Source of the DNA: Marinilabiliaceae bacterium
Lineage (GTDB): Bacteria; Bacteroidota; Bacteroidia; Bacteroidales; Marinilabiliaceae
DNA length: 64,000 nucleotides
Reading direction: 5' to 3'
NCBI GenBank assembly: GCA_041583495.1
Contig: JBFHFS010000008.1
Location: 36,421 to 100,420, forward strand
Shown: in pieces, positions 1 to 10,900 of the stretch
Position numbering within the stretch: position 1 is the stretch's first letter
Layout: each line of letters opens with the position of its first letter
Translations under genes and position numbers: made by a program
Notes under the pieces: model-generated
Databases searched by the model: none
What the model was told of the DNA's origin: nothing
What the model saw: only the letters and a program-made list of their open reading frames with translations

Positions 1-830
1 CTTCGGGCCAGAAGGTTTCGGGCCCCCAACCAGAATGTGCCATTATGCACTGCAAAAGCATCAATGTGTGCCGGATCAAGAGTTGGAGGCCCAACATGAG
101 GCAGGGGGAGTAACACGTGTTCACTCTCGAAGTGTTTATTTAGTAACGTTACCCCTCCGGTGTTTACCGCATACCATTTACCCCTTTCGTGTTGCAGCTG
201 GTAGCACGGCTCTTTCGTTAAAGAGTGGGTTTGAATTTCGGGGAGACTTGAACCCTTCACCAGGGAGACCGAAATAATGCCAAACGAACCATAAATCAGT
301 GCTGAACCCTCGTGTGTTTCGATGCCTCTTAGGTCACCGGGTGCCTGGTAGGATGAGCACATCTCCGTATTAAGATTGAGTACCCCCACGGTGGATGAGT
401 GACTGAACCAAAGGGTGGAGTCATCAGACTGGGTGAGATTATGGCCGGGTGAGATGCCCGTTTTTTGAAAAAGAGTGTCGCTGAGCAAATGAAAGCGGTT
501 GGTGGCGGCCTCGTAATAGTTGAGCCCTCCACTTCGGGTAGTGACCCACATATTACCCTTTAACCCTTTTCCCATGGCTAAAATATGATTGCCCGTGAGG
601 TGGCCGGCTCTGTCATGAAAGGGCTTAAAGATATCGAAGGTATAACCATTGTAACGATTCAACCCGTCAAGGGTCCCAACCCATATATTCCCATTGTCAT
701 CTATCTCCAAAGCATTGATGTTGTTTTGCGAAAGGCCGTTGAAAATGTCAAACCGATCGAACCGCGGGGTTTGGCCATCGGCAATAAAAATAGGGAGAAG
801 GCATAATAGGAGTGTTGCCGCTAATCTCAT
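1..830 (-). CDS. Hybrid two-component-system-type sensor, N-terminal part only (signal peptide plus 'two-component regulator propeller' repeats); the gene runs off the left edge of the window
   Basis: Absent from the supplied ORF track because there is no stop inside the window. My hand translation of the minus strand from ATG 830..828 is open down to base 3: MRLAATLLLCLLPIFIADGQTPRFDRFDIFNGLSQNNINALEIDDNGNIWVGTLDGLNRYNGYTFDIFKPF... The 'I..D..G.iWvGT..GLnRYn' pattern is the Reg_prop repeat of Bacteroidota HTCS/Y_Y_Y sensors. The + strand ORFs 35..277, 585..806 and 694..912 are shadows of it. Confidence 0.75.
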   Translation of the reverse strand, partial: MRLAATLLLCLLPIFIADGQTPRFDRFDIFNGLSQNNINALEIDDNGNIWVGTLDGLNRYNGYTFDIFKPFHDRAGHLTGNHILAMGKGLKGNMWVTTRSGGLNYYEAATNRFHLLSDTLFQKTGISPGHNLTQSDDSTLWFSHSSTVGVLNLNTEMCSSYQAPGDLRGIETHEGSALIYGSFGIISVSLVKGSSLPEIQTHSLTKEPCYQLQHERGKWYAVNTGGVTLLNKHFESEHVLLPLPHVGPPTLDPAHIDAFAVHNGTFWLGARNLLAR

Positions 831-1287
831 TTGGTTAAAAAAGGTTGATTTGAAACAAATTCGTCATTTTTCGAGACAAAAACATCGGTTATTCGTGCAT
901 CAAAATTTATAGATTGCATGCCAAATTAATACTAATTTATTAAATTCGATAAACCCGAAAAGGAAATCGACTCTAACTTTTATAAACCTCTTTGTTAGTT
1001 CCTGTCCCTAAAGTAGGGCGTTTGAGCTGAAAAGTTAAATTTCTTTGTCATAGCGGAGGCTTCCGACCGGGTGTCGCCATAGCTTTCTGCGGTGGCAATA
1101 GCTCGAAAAATGTGAGTGTCGGAATAGCTTTTATAAGGTTTTTATTTAAACCAACAAAAAACATAATTCCCCAACTTGATTCGGGAACTATTTTGAGAGC
1201 AAGGCCCGGATGATCGGGACAGGAGTTGGACTTTTTAGAGAGGCCCTAACTGGTAGAGGCGTTTCATTAACTTAATACCTTAATAAA

Positions 1288-2673
1288 ATGAAAATTACAT
1301 TTTGGCTGCTTTCTGTCGCCCTTTTGTTGTCGGTAAATGCGTTCAGCATTGGTGGGAAAAAGGTGGAAATCTTTAATGGAAAAAATTTGAAAGGGTGGCA
1401 TATTCTCAATGGGTCGGCCTCCTATAAAGTAGAAAATGGTGTGATAACGGGGACCTCAAAAACAGGCTCTCCCAACACCTTTTTGGCTACCGAGAAGGAA
1501 TACACCAATTTTATTCTGGAGTATGATATGAGAATTGATGAAGGGCTGAACTCAGGGGTTCAGATCCGCAGTCATAGCCTCGAATCGTATAACAACGGGC
1601 GGGTTCATGGTACCCAAATTGAGTGTGAGGACACCAAGCGCGGTTGGGCCGGCGGCATTTATGATGAAGCCCGAATGGGCTGGCGCTATCCCCTGGAATA
1701 CAATCCGGAGGCCAAAACAGCCTTTAAAAAAGGGGAGTGGAATGCATTTAAGGTGGTGGCCTATGAGCACCACATCATGACCTGGGTAAATGGTGTACCT
1801 GCTGCTAACTTATTGGAAGAGGCAGTAGAAACCGGCTTCATTGCCTTTCAGGTTCATGGGATTGGAAACAATAAGGCCATGGATGGCAAAAATATTCAGT
1901 GGAAAAATATCCGGTTTAGCGAAATTTCTGAAGCGGACTTTGAGCCTTATCGTCAGATGAAAGCACCCCAGGTGAGTTACCTTAAAAATGAACTTACCGC
2001 CGAGGAACAAGCCCAGGGGTGGAAACTGTTGTGGGATGGAAAAACCAACAACGGTTGGCGTGGGGCCAAGTTGCAGCACTTCCCAAAAGAGGGATGGACC
2101 ATTAACGATGGGGTCCTGAAAGTAGAAGCTTCGGATGGCGGCGAATCGACCAATGGCGGTGATATCGTAACCGAAAAGAAATATAAAAACTTTGTGCTGC
2201 AGTTGGATTTTCAACTTACCAAAGGTGCCAACAGTGGTATAAAATATTTTGTGGATACCGAACTAAACAAAGGGGAAGGATCCTCTATCGGTTGTGAATT
2301 CCAGATTTTGGACGATAAAAATCATCCTGATGCCAAGAAGGGAGTTAGTGGCAACCGCACGCTGGGGTCCCTTTATGATCTGATTGAAGCCAATGGCTTG
2401 GAATTTAATGCCTACCTGCCTTCTAAAAAATATGTCAATGGCGGTTGGAATAGGGCTTGTGTGGTGGTTGACGGTAAAAAAGTGCAGCACATCTTAAATG
2501 GGATTAAAGTAGTGGAATATGAGCGGAATACCCAAATGTGGCGGGCTCTGGTGGCTTACAGCAAGTACCACAACTGGCCCAACTTTGGCGAGTACGAGAT
2601 GGGCAATATCCTGTTGCAAGACCATGGCAATGAAGTGATGTTTAAGAATATCAAAATTAAAGAGCTGAATTAA
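1288..2673 (+). CDS. Secreted protein with two tandem DUF1080 (3-keto-disaccharide hydrolase family) domains
   Basis: Signal peptide [19 protein letters not shown]. There are two copies of the DUF1080 pattern: (1) [25 protein letters not shown]...NSGVQIRS...FQVHG...IQWKNIRF, and (2) [12 protein letters not shown]...[10 protein letters not shown]...NSGIKYFV...EFQILDD..HPDA...GSLYDL...[10 protein letters not shown]...[18 protein letters not shown]. Confidence 0.85.
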   Translation: MKITFWLLSVALLLSVNAFSIGGKKVEIFNGKNLKGWHILNGSASYKVENGVITGTSKTGSPNTFLATEKEYTNFILEYDMRIDEGLNSGVQIRSHSLESYNNGRVHGTQIECEDTKRGWAGGIYDEARMGWRYPLEYNPEAKTAFKKGEWNAFKVVAYEHHIMTWVNGVPAANLLEEAVETGFIAFQVHGIGNNKAMDGKNIQWKNIRFSEISEADFEPYRQMKAPQVSYLKNELTAEEQAQGWKLLWDGKTNNGWRGAKLQHFPKEGWTINDGVLKVEASDGGESTNGGDIVTEKKYKNFVLQLDFQLTKGANSGIKYFVDTELNKGEGSSIGCEFQILDDKNHPDAKKGVSGNRTLGSLYDLIEANGLEFNAYLPSKKYVNGGWNRACVVVDGKKVQHILNGIKVVEYERNTQMWRALVAYSKYHNWPNFGEYEMGNILLQDHGNEVMFKNIKIKELN

Positions 2674-2684
2674 AACCGTAGGAT

Positions 2685-4031
2685 ATGACTGATAACAATA
2701 AATCAAGAAGAGATTTTCTCAAGACCAGTGCTCTGGGGGCCGCAGGAATCACCATGGCTGGATTGGGTATGAGTTCCAGTAGTTATGCCAATATTGTTGG
2801 TGCCAACGAACGAATTAATGTGGCCATCGTTGGCCTTGGCCGCCGCGTGGGTGCCTATTACGAACCCATAGCCAGAAAAGAGAGTAACGCCAGACTGGTG
2901 TACCTGTGCGATGTGATGAAAAGTCAGCGCGAAAGGGCTGCGCTGAATTTTGCTAAACACATCGATTACCAGCCAAAGCTTGAGAATGATATTCGCAAGG
3001 TGGTGGAAGATTCCAAAGTGGATGTGGTTTTCAATGCAACCCCCGACCATTGGCATACCCCAGGGTCCATTATGGCTATGAAGGGGGGTAAGCATGTCTA
3101 TGTCGAAAAACCTTGCAGTCACAATATGTTTGAGAATGATTTGTTGGTGGAAGCGGCCAATAAAATGAACAAAGTTGTTCAGATGGGTAACCAACAACGA
3201 TCCTCGAAACATACCATCGAAATTATCAATGCCATCCACAACGGTATTATTGGGACCCCATACAAGGCCGTGGCCTTCTATACCAACCAACGTGGAGAGG
3301 TGCCTCTGCAGCAAAAAGTGGCTGTCCCTGCCGGTCTCGACTGGGAGTTGTTTCAGGGACCGGCACCCCGTCGGCCTTATACCAGTGAAACCTGGGATTA
3401 TAACTGGCACTGGTATGGATGGAGCTTCGGCACCGCCGAGGCGGGTAATAATGCCACTCACGAACTGGATGTGGCCCGGTGGGCCCTGGGAGTGGATTTA
3501 CCCTTACATGTGGAAGTAGAAGGGGCTAAACGACACTTTTTGGATGACGGCTGGGAGATGTATGATACCATGGATGCCACCTTTCGTTTTGCTGGTGATA
3601 AAGTTATTAAATGGGATGGCAAAAGCCGTAATGGTTACGATACCTATGGCGGAGGACGAGGAACAATTATCTACGGAAGTGAGGGCTCTGTGTTTGTCGA
3701 CCGGGGAAAGTATATCCTTTACGACCGGGCCGGAAAGATTATAAAAGACAGTAAGTCTGTTTCCAACGAACAAGGAACGGCACTGGGAGGTGGTGGTGAT
3801 ACCACGACGACCCATGTGATAAACTTCTTTGAGGCTATTCGTGGAAAAGAAAAATTAACTGCTCCCATTCAGGATGCTTCCATTAGTATGGCTATGGTAC
3901 ATTATACTAATATCGCCTATCGAATAGGTCGGGGTTTCGATATAGATGACCAGACAGGCCGGATGTTTAGCCGTGAGGCCATGGATCTTTGGAGCCGAAC
4001 CTATGAGCCGGGCTGGAAACCGGTGTTGTAG
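2685..4031 (+). CDS. TAT-exported Gfo/Idh/MocA family oxidoreductase
   Basis: Twin-arginine signal SRRDFLKTSALGAAG. Rossmann segment INVAIVGLGRR and the family motif YVEKP are present. The gene starts 12 nt after the DUF1080 gene stop. Confidence 0.85.
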   Translation: MTDNNKSRRDFLKTSALGAAGITMAGLGMSSSSYANIVGANERINVAIVGLGRRVGAYYEPIARKESNARLVYLCDVMKSQRERAALNFAKHIDYQPKLENDIRKVVEDSKVDVVFNATPDHWHTPGSIMAMKGGKHVYVEKPCSHNMFENDLLVEAANKMNKVVQMGNQQRSSKHTIEIINAIHNGIIGTPYKAVAFYTNQRGEVPLQQKVAVPAGLDWELFQGPAPRRPYTSETWDYNWHWYGWSFGTAEAGNNATHELDVARWALGVDLPLHVEVEGAKRHFLDDGWEMYDTMDATFRFAGDKVIKWDGKSRNGYDTYGGGRGTIIYGSEGSVFVDRGKYILYDRAGKIIKDSKSVSNEQGTALGGGGDTTTTHVINFFEAIRGKEKLTAPIQDASISMAMVHYTNIAYRIGRGFDIDDQTGRMFSREAMDLWSRTYEPGWKPVL

Positions 4032-4101
4032 ATTAATACCAGTAACTTATATGGGGCGTTAATGATGTATGAGTAGGGTTCATTTTAGGTTATCTAAGGA
4101 G

Positions 4102-5208
4102 TTAGAGTGCCTCTTCGTTAATTGCCCCATTAATCAACAATTTGCTGAACCAATGCCATCCTCCATCTTCATTCCTGGAGGTAATGGTTACCAGCGTTCT
4201 ACGACGATTTGGGGGAACACTCAACCGGAAGGTTAGTGTATCCCCTTTTTTCGTTAGAACCTCCCTGGAAGGCTGACCCGCTACGAAACAATTGAATGAA
4301 CCTTTCAATTCCCTGTCTGTCAGAACCAGGGGGAAGGTTAGGTCCTGGTTGGCCTTAACCATTAAGGGGAGCTGGTTATTGGTACTGATCCTTATTGGAC
4401 CCATATTGACTTTCGAAATAAACTGATCCATGCTCACATGAGCGCCCGCTAAGGGAAACCGGGGAATGGCATAAGCATGCGACGCTTCACACATCACCCC
4501 GGAGTTTTGCCCAAAAGCAATACGGTAACCATGTTTCTTAAGTACTTCAATCAGGTCGGGTAGAAACTCCCCGTATGGATAGACGTAAATTTTGGGGACA
4601 AAACCAAGATGCTCCTGAAACAGGGCCTCGGCTTTGAGCAGGTCTTCTTCGAAAACTCTGGCACGCTCTGTTTTTGGTAAATTTACAAAATAGGTGTGTT
4701 CGTGTGAATGGCTCCCAATCTCAACCCCTTTGGTTCTCAGTTCCCTGAGTTGGTCCCAGCTAAGATAGTCGCTCCAGCCCACACTCTGTGTATTGATAAA
4801 AAGGGTGGCCTTCATCTTGTATTTCCCGAGCAGCGGGACGCCTTTTTCCAGGAAAGAGGCGAAGCCATCGTCGACGGTAATCAATAGCTTTTTGGGTGCA
4901 TCAACCAAATGGGTTGTATCCTTTAATAAGCCGGTTACCGTGTAGGATTTAAATCCCTTCTGTTGGAGATACTTCAGATGGGCTTCGAAGGTGGCTTCAG
5001 GTGTGTTGGTCGATGGATAACGGGGGTCGCCAAAGCGGTGGTAGACCAGACAGGTTACCTGATACTTTCGGTTTATCTGTTGCCAGGCAAATGGTGGGCC
5101 AATTTGGGCTCTGGCTGGCCCCCAAAAGCTTCCCATCTCAAGAAAAAACAATGCCAACAGATTGAATTTTAATGAACTATGAGGCCAGTAGTTTTTTCCA
5201 TGTTTCAT
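4102..5208 (-). CDS. Polysaccharide deacetylase (NodB-homology, CE4-like) family protein, secreted
   Basis: N-terminal hydrophobic signal. NodB-type motifs LLITVDDGFASF and GSHSHEHTYF are present. The start overlaps the upstream gene's stop by 32 nt. Confidence 0.7.
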   Translation of the reverse strand: MKHGKNYWPHSSLKFNLLALFFLEMGSFWGPARAQIGPPFAWQQINRKYQVTCLVYHRFGDPRYPSTNTPEATFEAHLKYLQQKGFKSYTVTGLLKDTTHLVDAPKKLLITVDDGFASFLEKGVPLLGKYKMKATLFINTQSVGWSDYLSWDQLRELRTKGVEIGSHSHEHTYFVNLPKTERARVFEEDLLKAEALFQEHLGFVPKIYVYPYGEFLPDLIEVLKKHGYRIAFGQNSGVMCEASHAYAIPRFPLAGAHVSMDQFISKVNMGPIRISTNNQLPLMVKANQDLTFPLVLTDRELKGSFNCFVAGQPSREVLTKKGDTLTFRLSVPPNRRRTLVTITSRNEDGGWHWFSKLLINGAINEEAL

Positions 5209-6064
5209 CTTTCTTGTCGATTTCTACCAGGTGAAAGTGGTCGTACTGGGTGAGGTTATTGTATTCGATCATCAATCGTAGGTCATTGACATATTTAACG
5301 CGTTGTTCCGAGTAATTGCTTAGAAACCAGATGAGTCGGTAGGGGTTTTGGGAGTTGGCGCGTGCGTCGCGGAAATCCTTGTAAGCATGCGACCGCGCAA
5401 TGGTGAGCAGGTAGTCGTAAACCGAATCGAACATGGTTTTGTATTTGCGCAGATATATACTTTTTCCCTGGCGCATGATCTCCGCTCTTATTCGGTCTTC
5501 TTTACTGTTGTACGACCAAATGCCATAAATATTATTGGCTTCCTTAAAAAAACGGGAGGTTCCCCATCCGCTCTCGATGGCTGCCTGAGCCAAAATGATA
5601 CTCGCCGGGTGCGGTTGCATGCGTTTGAGCAGATCCTGTGGCCCCTTGGCTTTGAATTTTTCGATACTGGTCTTCAACAAGAGGCTGTCCTGGCTCGAAA
5701 CCGTTCCGTTTTGCATCCGATCGATAATCTTTTTCAGCTCTTTTCTTTGGGTCGCCATCTTTTCCCGGGCCAGTAAAATAGAAGGCAACATCAGGTGGAT
5801 AAACTGTTCTTTCCGGTCTTTAGCTTTCAGAATCGATAAGTCGGGGATCCTGGAATAAATAATGGGTACCACAAGGCTGTCCTTGTGCAGAACAATGGAG
5901 TCGATCGAAGTGGCTTCTTTGATGGTAACAGGGTATCGGTCCGGTTGAAGGTTGTTGTGAAGGGTGATCCAAACCACCGCGATCACTATCAGGGCTAATC
6001 CAGCCAATACGATGGGACTGTTGTTTTTTATTTTTCTTAAAACCAGGTCTTTGTTTATTTTCAT
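5177..6064 (-). CDS. Glucosaminidase (mannosyl-glycoprotein endo-beta-N-acetylglucosaminidase, FlgJ/LytD-like) domain protein with N-terminal membrane anchor
   Basis: TM segment IVLAGLALIVIAVVWI and the motif ILAQAAIESGWGTSRFFKEANNIYGIW. The ORF-track start at 6079 is a TTG, so I prefer the ATG at 6064 (MKINKD...). Confidence 0.75.
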   Translation of the reverse strand: MKINKDLVLRKIKNNSPIVLAGLALIVIAVVWITLHNNLQPDRYPVTIKEATSIDSIVLHKDSLVVPIIYSRIPDLSILKAKDRKEQFIHLMLPSILLAREKMATQRKELKKIIDRMQNGTVSSQDSLLLKTSIEKFKAKGPQDLLKRMQPHPASIILAQAAIESGWGTSRFFKEANNIYGIWSYNSKEDRIRAEIMRQGKSIYLRKYKTMFDSVYDYLLTIARSHAYKDFRDARANSQNPYRLIWFLSNYSEQRVKYVNDLRLMIEYNNLTQYDHFHLVEIDKKDETWKKLLAS

Positions 6065-6540
6065 TTGGGTGGCAAACAATTTAGGTTGTCACTTTTTTGG
6101 GGACTGGCTCAATAAGAGTGCCAGACTTTTTTCTTAAACGAAACAAGGCTTTGTCAAAAAAATAGCCGGTGATAAAAGTACGAAAAGATCTTACAATTCA
6201 AAGATATTTAGCAGGGGGCGTGTTTAAGTAGTATTAGATCAGTGTATTGTGATGTGATAATTCTTTACGGATACCCCTTCCTTTAATTAAAACCGGATTT
6301 GAATTGGTTAAATAAGCAAAGGGGTGATTCCATTTCTCTGCCCCGAAAAGGTCTGTTATCTGAGTGGAACGATGCGTCGCTGAACGCCTGTTGCTTAACT
6401 TACGTGAAAGAAGGGTCGGTTTAGCCAAACACAACCCATAAAAAATTGTTACATTTGAACTTTTGCAAAAGACTCATCTTTTAACTATGTCGTTAACGGA
6501 AAATATTTCTTTTTTATAATCATATCACCTCTTTAATATC

Positions 6541-7854
6541 ATGACTTTCGATCGCAGAAAATTTATTAAAACATCAGCGTATGTCGCCGGAGCAGTGAGT
6601 GCTGCTCCTACTTTAATACAAGCCTGTGCTTCTCCTAACAAGAAAATTGTAGTTGGATTGGTGGGGTGCAACAGTATGGGATTTACCGACCTGACCTATT
6701 TCATGAAACAACCCAATGTGGAGTGTGGGGCTATTTGTGATGTGGATCGTAATGTTCTGGAAAAGAGGGCAGCCGAGGTGGAGAAGATACAGGGGAAAAA
6801 ACCTGTTCTTTATGAGGATTTCAGGCATCTTATTGATAATAAGGATATTGATGTGGTTATTAATGGGACGCCCGATCACTGGCATGCCCTGGTTGGAATT
6901 TATGCGTGCCAGGCCGGCAAGGATCTCTACACCGAAAAGCCATTGGCCAACTCCATTGAGGAGTGTAATTTAATGATCAAAGCCCAAAAAAAATATGGCA
7001 CCGTGGTGCAGGTGGGACAGTGGCAGCGAAGTGACCCCCACTGGAACGATGCGGTGGCCTATCTGCACGGTGGTAACATCGGACGGATTCGCTCGGTACG
7101 GGCCTGGTCGTATGTGGGCTGGAAAGGGGCTTTACCCGTGATGCCCGACAGTGCCCCACCCGCGGGAGTCAACTATGATATGTGGTTAGGGCCTGCTCCC
7201 CAAAGAGCCTTTAATCCCAATCGCTTTCACCACAACTTTCGCTGGTACTGGGATTATGCCGGCGGGCTCATGGCCGACTGGGGCGTTCACCTGCTCGACT
7301 ATGCCCTGCTGGGGATGGATCGCTATGTGCCCGACTCCATTGTGTCGGTGGGCGGGAAATATGCCTTCCCCGATGATGCCCATCAAACCCCCGACACCAT
7401 GATGGCCATGTACGACTTTGGCGATTTTAACGTGCTTTGGGACCATGCCATTGGCATTTATGGGGCCAAATATGGTCGTGGACATGGGGTGGAATTTATC
7501 GGCGAATATGGGACCCTGGTGGTCGATCGCTCGGGCTGGCAAGTCTATCCCGAAACCAAAAGTAAATGCGCCAAAAAAGGATATGAAGGGATGCCTTTGC
7601 AAAAAAGCACTCACAATGGAATCGATCTGCATGTGAAGAACTTCCTGGAATGCATTGAAACACGCGAAAAACCCAATTGTGATATCGAAACAGGGGCGCA
7701 TATCGCTCGTTTTTCGCATATGGGAAATATCTCTTACCGCCTGGGCCGCAAGGTAATGTGGAACCCAAAACAGCAAAGCTTCGGAAACGATGAAGAGGCC
7801 AACGCGCTGATCAAAGCCCATTACAGGGCTCCATGGGAATTGCCCATCGTCTGA
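6541..7854 (+). CDS. TAT-exported Gfo/Idh/MocA family oxidoreductase (paralogue of 2685..4031)
   Basis: Twin-arginine signal DRRKFIKTSAYVAGAVSA. Also KIVVGLVGCNSMG, GTPDHWHA and YTEKP. Confidence 0.85.
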   Translation: MTFDRRKFIKTSAYVAGAVSAAPTLIQACASPNKKIVVGLVGCNSMGFTDLTYFMKQPNVECGAICDVDRNVLEKRAAEVEKIQGKKPVLYEDFRHLIDNKDIDVVINGTPDHWHALVGIYACQAGKDLYTEKPLANSIEECNLMIKAQKKYGTVVQVGQWQRSDPHWNDAVAYLHGGNIGRIRSVRAWSYVGWKGALPVMPDSAPPAGVNYDMWLGPAPQRAFNPNRFHHNFRWYWDYAGGLMADWGVHLLDYALLGMDRYVPDSIVSVGGKYAFPDDAHQTPDTMMAMYDFGDFNVLWDHAIGIYGAKYGRGHGVEFIGEYGTLVVDRSGWQVYPETKSKCAKKGYEGMPLQKSTHNGIDLHVKNFLECIETREKPNCDIETGAHIARFSHMGNISYRLGRKVMWNPKQQSFGNDEEANALIKAHYRAPWELPIV

Positions 7855-7981
7855 TAACCGCTTTTATTTTTATTGGTTCATCCAATAAGGGGTGGACAAT
7901 AACAAATTTTACCTTTTGGCGTTCTAAAACAAATGGTTTTATTGTTTGAGCAATCGTAAGGTTATATAATAATTTCCCAAT

Positions 7982-10900
7982 ATGATATTTAAGCGATTTA
8001 TTTTTTCAGTCTCCTTACTCTCTCTGTCAGTGCTGGGGGCTATGGCACAGCAATCTCTCGATGCACAACAATCCGAACGATTGTTTGAGGAGGCCATGCA
8101 GCAATATCAAATGGAACATTATGGCGTAGCACGTCAGATGTTCGAACAGTTGCAACTCTCCATACCCCGGGGAAAGAGCAATCTTGACTCAGAGGCTGCT
8201 TTTTATGAAGCCTTGTCGGCTTCCAGGCTGGGGAATGAGGATGCTAAAGAACTCTTGGAGAGGTTTCTGGTAGAATTCCCCGAGAGTGGGAAAAGACCCT
8301 ATGTCTTTTTTCAGTTGGGTGAATTGGCCCAGGAAGATGAAAATTACAGGCAGGCTGCCCGATGGTACGATAAGGTGGAGGTGCGAAAGCTGGACCGGGA
8401 CACAAGGCTGGATTATCGTTTCAAATATGGATATGCCCATTTTATGGAAGGCAATTACGATAAAGCCTTGTCTGCTTTTTCGGAGGTGCGCAATGTGCAA
8501 TCCAAATGGTGGTCATCGGCAAACTATTACTACGCCCACATTCAATACGAACAGGGCAACTATCAGGTGGCTCTCGAAACCTTTGAAAAGCTGAAAAAGG
8601 AAACCGGCTTCGAAAAGGTGGTGCCTTTTTATATCGCCCAGATTTACTACATGCAGGGAGAGTATCAAAAGGCCATAGATTATGGGATGCCCCTCTTCGA
8701 GGAAGCCAAAGGGGAGAGAAAAGCTGCCATGGCTCAGGTTTTGGGCAACGCCTGGTTTGCCCTTAAAGACTATTCCAATGCCGCCCGCTACCTCTCCGTG
8801 GCGGTTGAAACAGCAAAAGAACCCGGTCGTGACGACTTTTACCACCTCGGGTTGAGTTATTACTTTCTTAAAGACTACGAAAAAGCTTCCAGCTACCTGG
8901 CTCAAGTCACCGGTAAAGAAGATGCCATGTCTCAGAATGCCTATTACCATTTGGGAGACTGCTATCTTAAGCTGGATGACAAAAAACGGGCCCGTATCGC
9001 CTTCGAGGCCGCCTCTCAATACGATTTCGACGCGGTAGTGACTGAGGATGCGATGTTTACCTATATTAAGTTGAATTACGACCTTTCTTTTTCGCCCTTC
9101 AACGAAATCATTAACAGCTTTCTGACCTTTATCGATAAATTTCCAAAAAGTCGCCATATCGATGAAGCCTATGACTATCTGGGGCAGGCTCTGTTAACCT
9201 CTCGGAATTACAAAGAGGCTTTGGCTGCCTTGGAGCGGGTCAAGAATAAAAGCGCTAACAGTTATAAGGCACTTCAGCGTATCGCCTACTACAGAGGCCT
9301 GGAGCTTTTTACCAATCTCCAGTTTGGTGAGGCCATCGAGATGCTCGACTATAGCCTTAAGTATGGCGATTACGACCGGGATCTGAAAATGAAAGCACAC
9401 TACTGGCTGGGTGAAGCCTGGTACCGCCAGGGAAACTATCCCAACGCAATCAGTCATTACACCACCTTTATCCATTTGCCTGGCTCGTTTAAGACCGATG
9501 AATTCAAAACGGCCCATTACAACCTTGGGTATGCCTGTTTTAAGCAACTCGATTATCCACAGGCCGCTTCCTGGTTTCGCAAATATGTGAACCTGATGAA
9601 GGGGACCCAAAATGCCATGGTGGGCGATGCCCTTAACCGGGTGGGGGATGCCTTTTTTATGGAGCGTGATTTTCCCACCGCCATCGAGTATTACAATCAG
9701 GCAGCCCAGGTGCCCGGTGCTTCGCCCGACTATGCCATGTTTCAAAAAGGGTTTGCCATGGGCATCGCAAAAGACCATGCAGGGAAGATTGCCCAGCTCC
9801 AAAAGTTGATCAACCGATTCCCCGAATCCCAGTATGTGGACGATGCTCTCTTTGAGATGGGGCGCTCTTACGTGGCGCTCAACAATCTTGACCAGGCCAT
9901 TCGAACCTACAAAACAATTAAGGAAGATTATCCCCGCAGTAGCTATGCCAAAAAAGCGATGCTTCAATTGGGCCTGGTATACTACAACAATAATGATCTG
10001 GAACAGTCCCTCTCATTTTACAAACGTGTGGTGAATGAGTTCCCCGGGTCGGCCGAAGCCGAGGATGCCTTGCTGGGGATCCGCAATATTTATATCGACC
10101 GCAATGATGCCGACGGGTATATTGCCTATACCAATCAGCTGGGTGGCTTTGCCCGGGTCGATCAAAGGCAACAGGACTCATTGACCTATGTGGCGGCCGA
10201 GCGGTTGTATATGCAGGGGAAATGCCTGCAGGCGATCAACCAGTTTGAGGCCTATCTTCGCAATTACCCCAAGGGGCGGTTCGAACTCAATGCCCATTAT
10301 TATAAAGCCGATTGTCAGTATCAAAATCAGGATTATGAAAACGCCCTGCCCTCATTTGAGTATGTTGCCGGCAGCCCCCGTAACCTGTTTACCGAAGATG
10401 CCCTCATAAGGGTGGCCGAGATTAGTTTCCGGCAAAAACGATTCGATGATGCCCTGGGCTATTTCGAACGTCTTTACAGCGAAGCAGAGGTCGATGAGAA
10501 CCGCAGGGAGGCCCTTATCGGGCAGATGCGTTGTCTTTCCGAACTGGGCGACCCCGACAAAATCATCGCCTCAACCGAAAAGGTGATGGCCGATGCCAAG
10601 ATGTCGCCCGAGATTGTGCGACAGGCTCATTACCTAAAGGCTTCGGCCTTCATGGCACAGGGAAAAAGCCAGCAGGCGCTGTTTGAATTTCAGGTGTTGG
10701 CTAAAAATACCGCCAGCCCCGAAGGTGCGGAAGCGCGATTCCGGGTGGCACAGATCCTCTTTCAGCAGGGTAAAATGGAGGGTGCCGAGGAGGCCATTTT
10801 TGATTTCGTGGACAAGGGAACCCCTCATCAGTATTGGCTGGCCAAGTGTTTCCTGTTGTTGGCCGATATCTATGAAGGCCGGGGCGAGCTGTTTCAGGCC

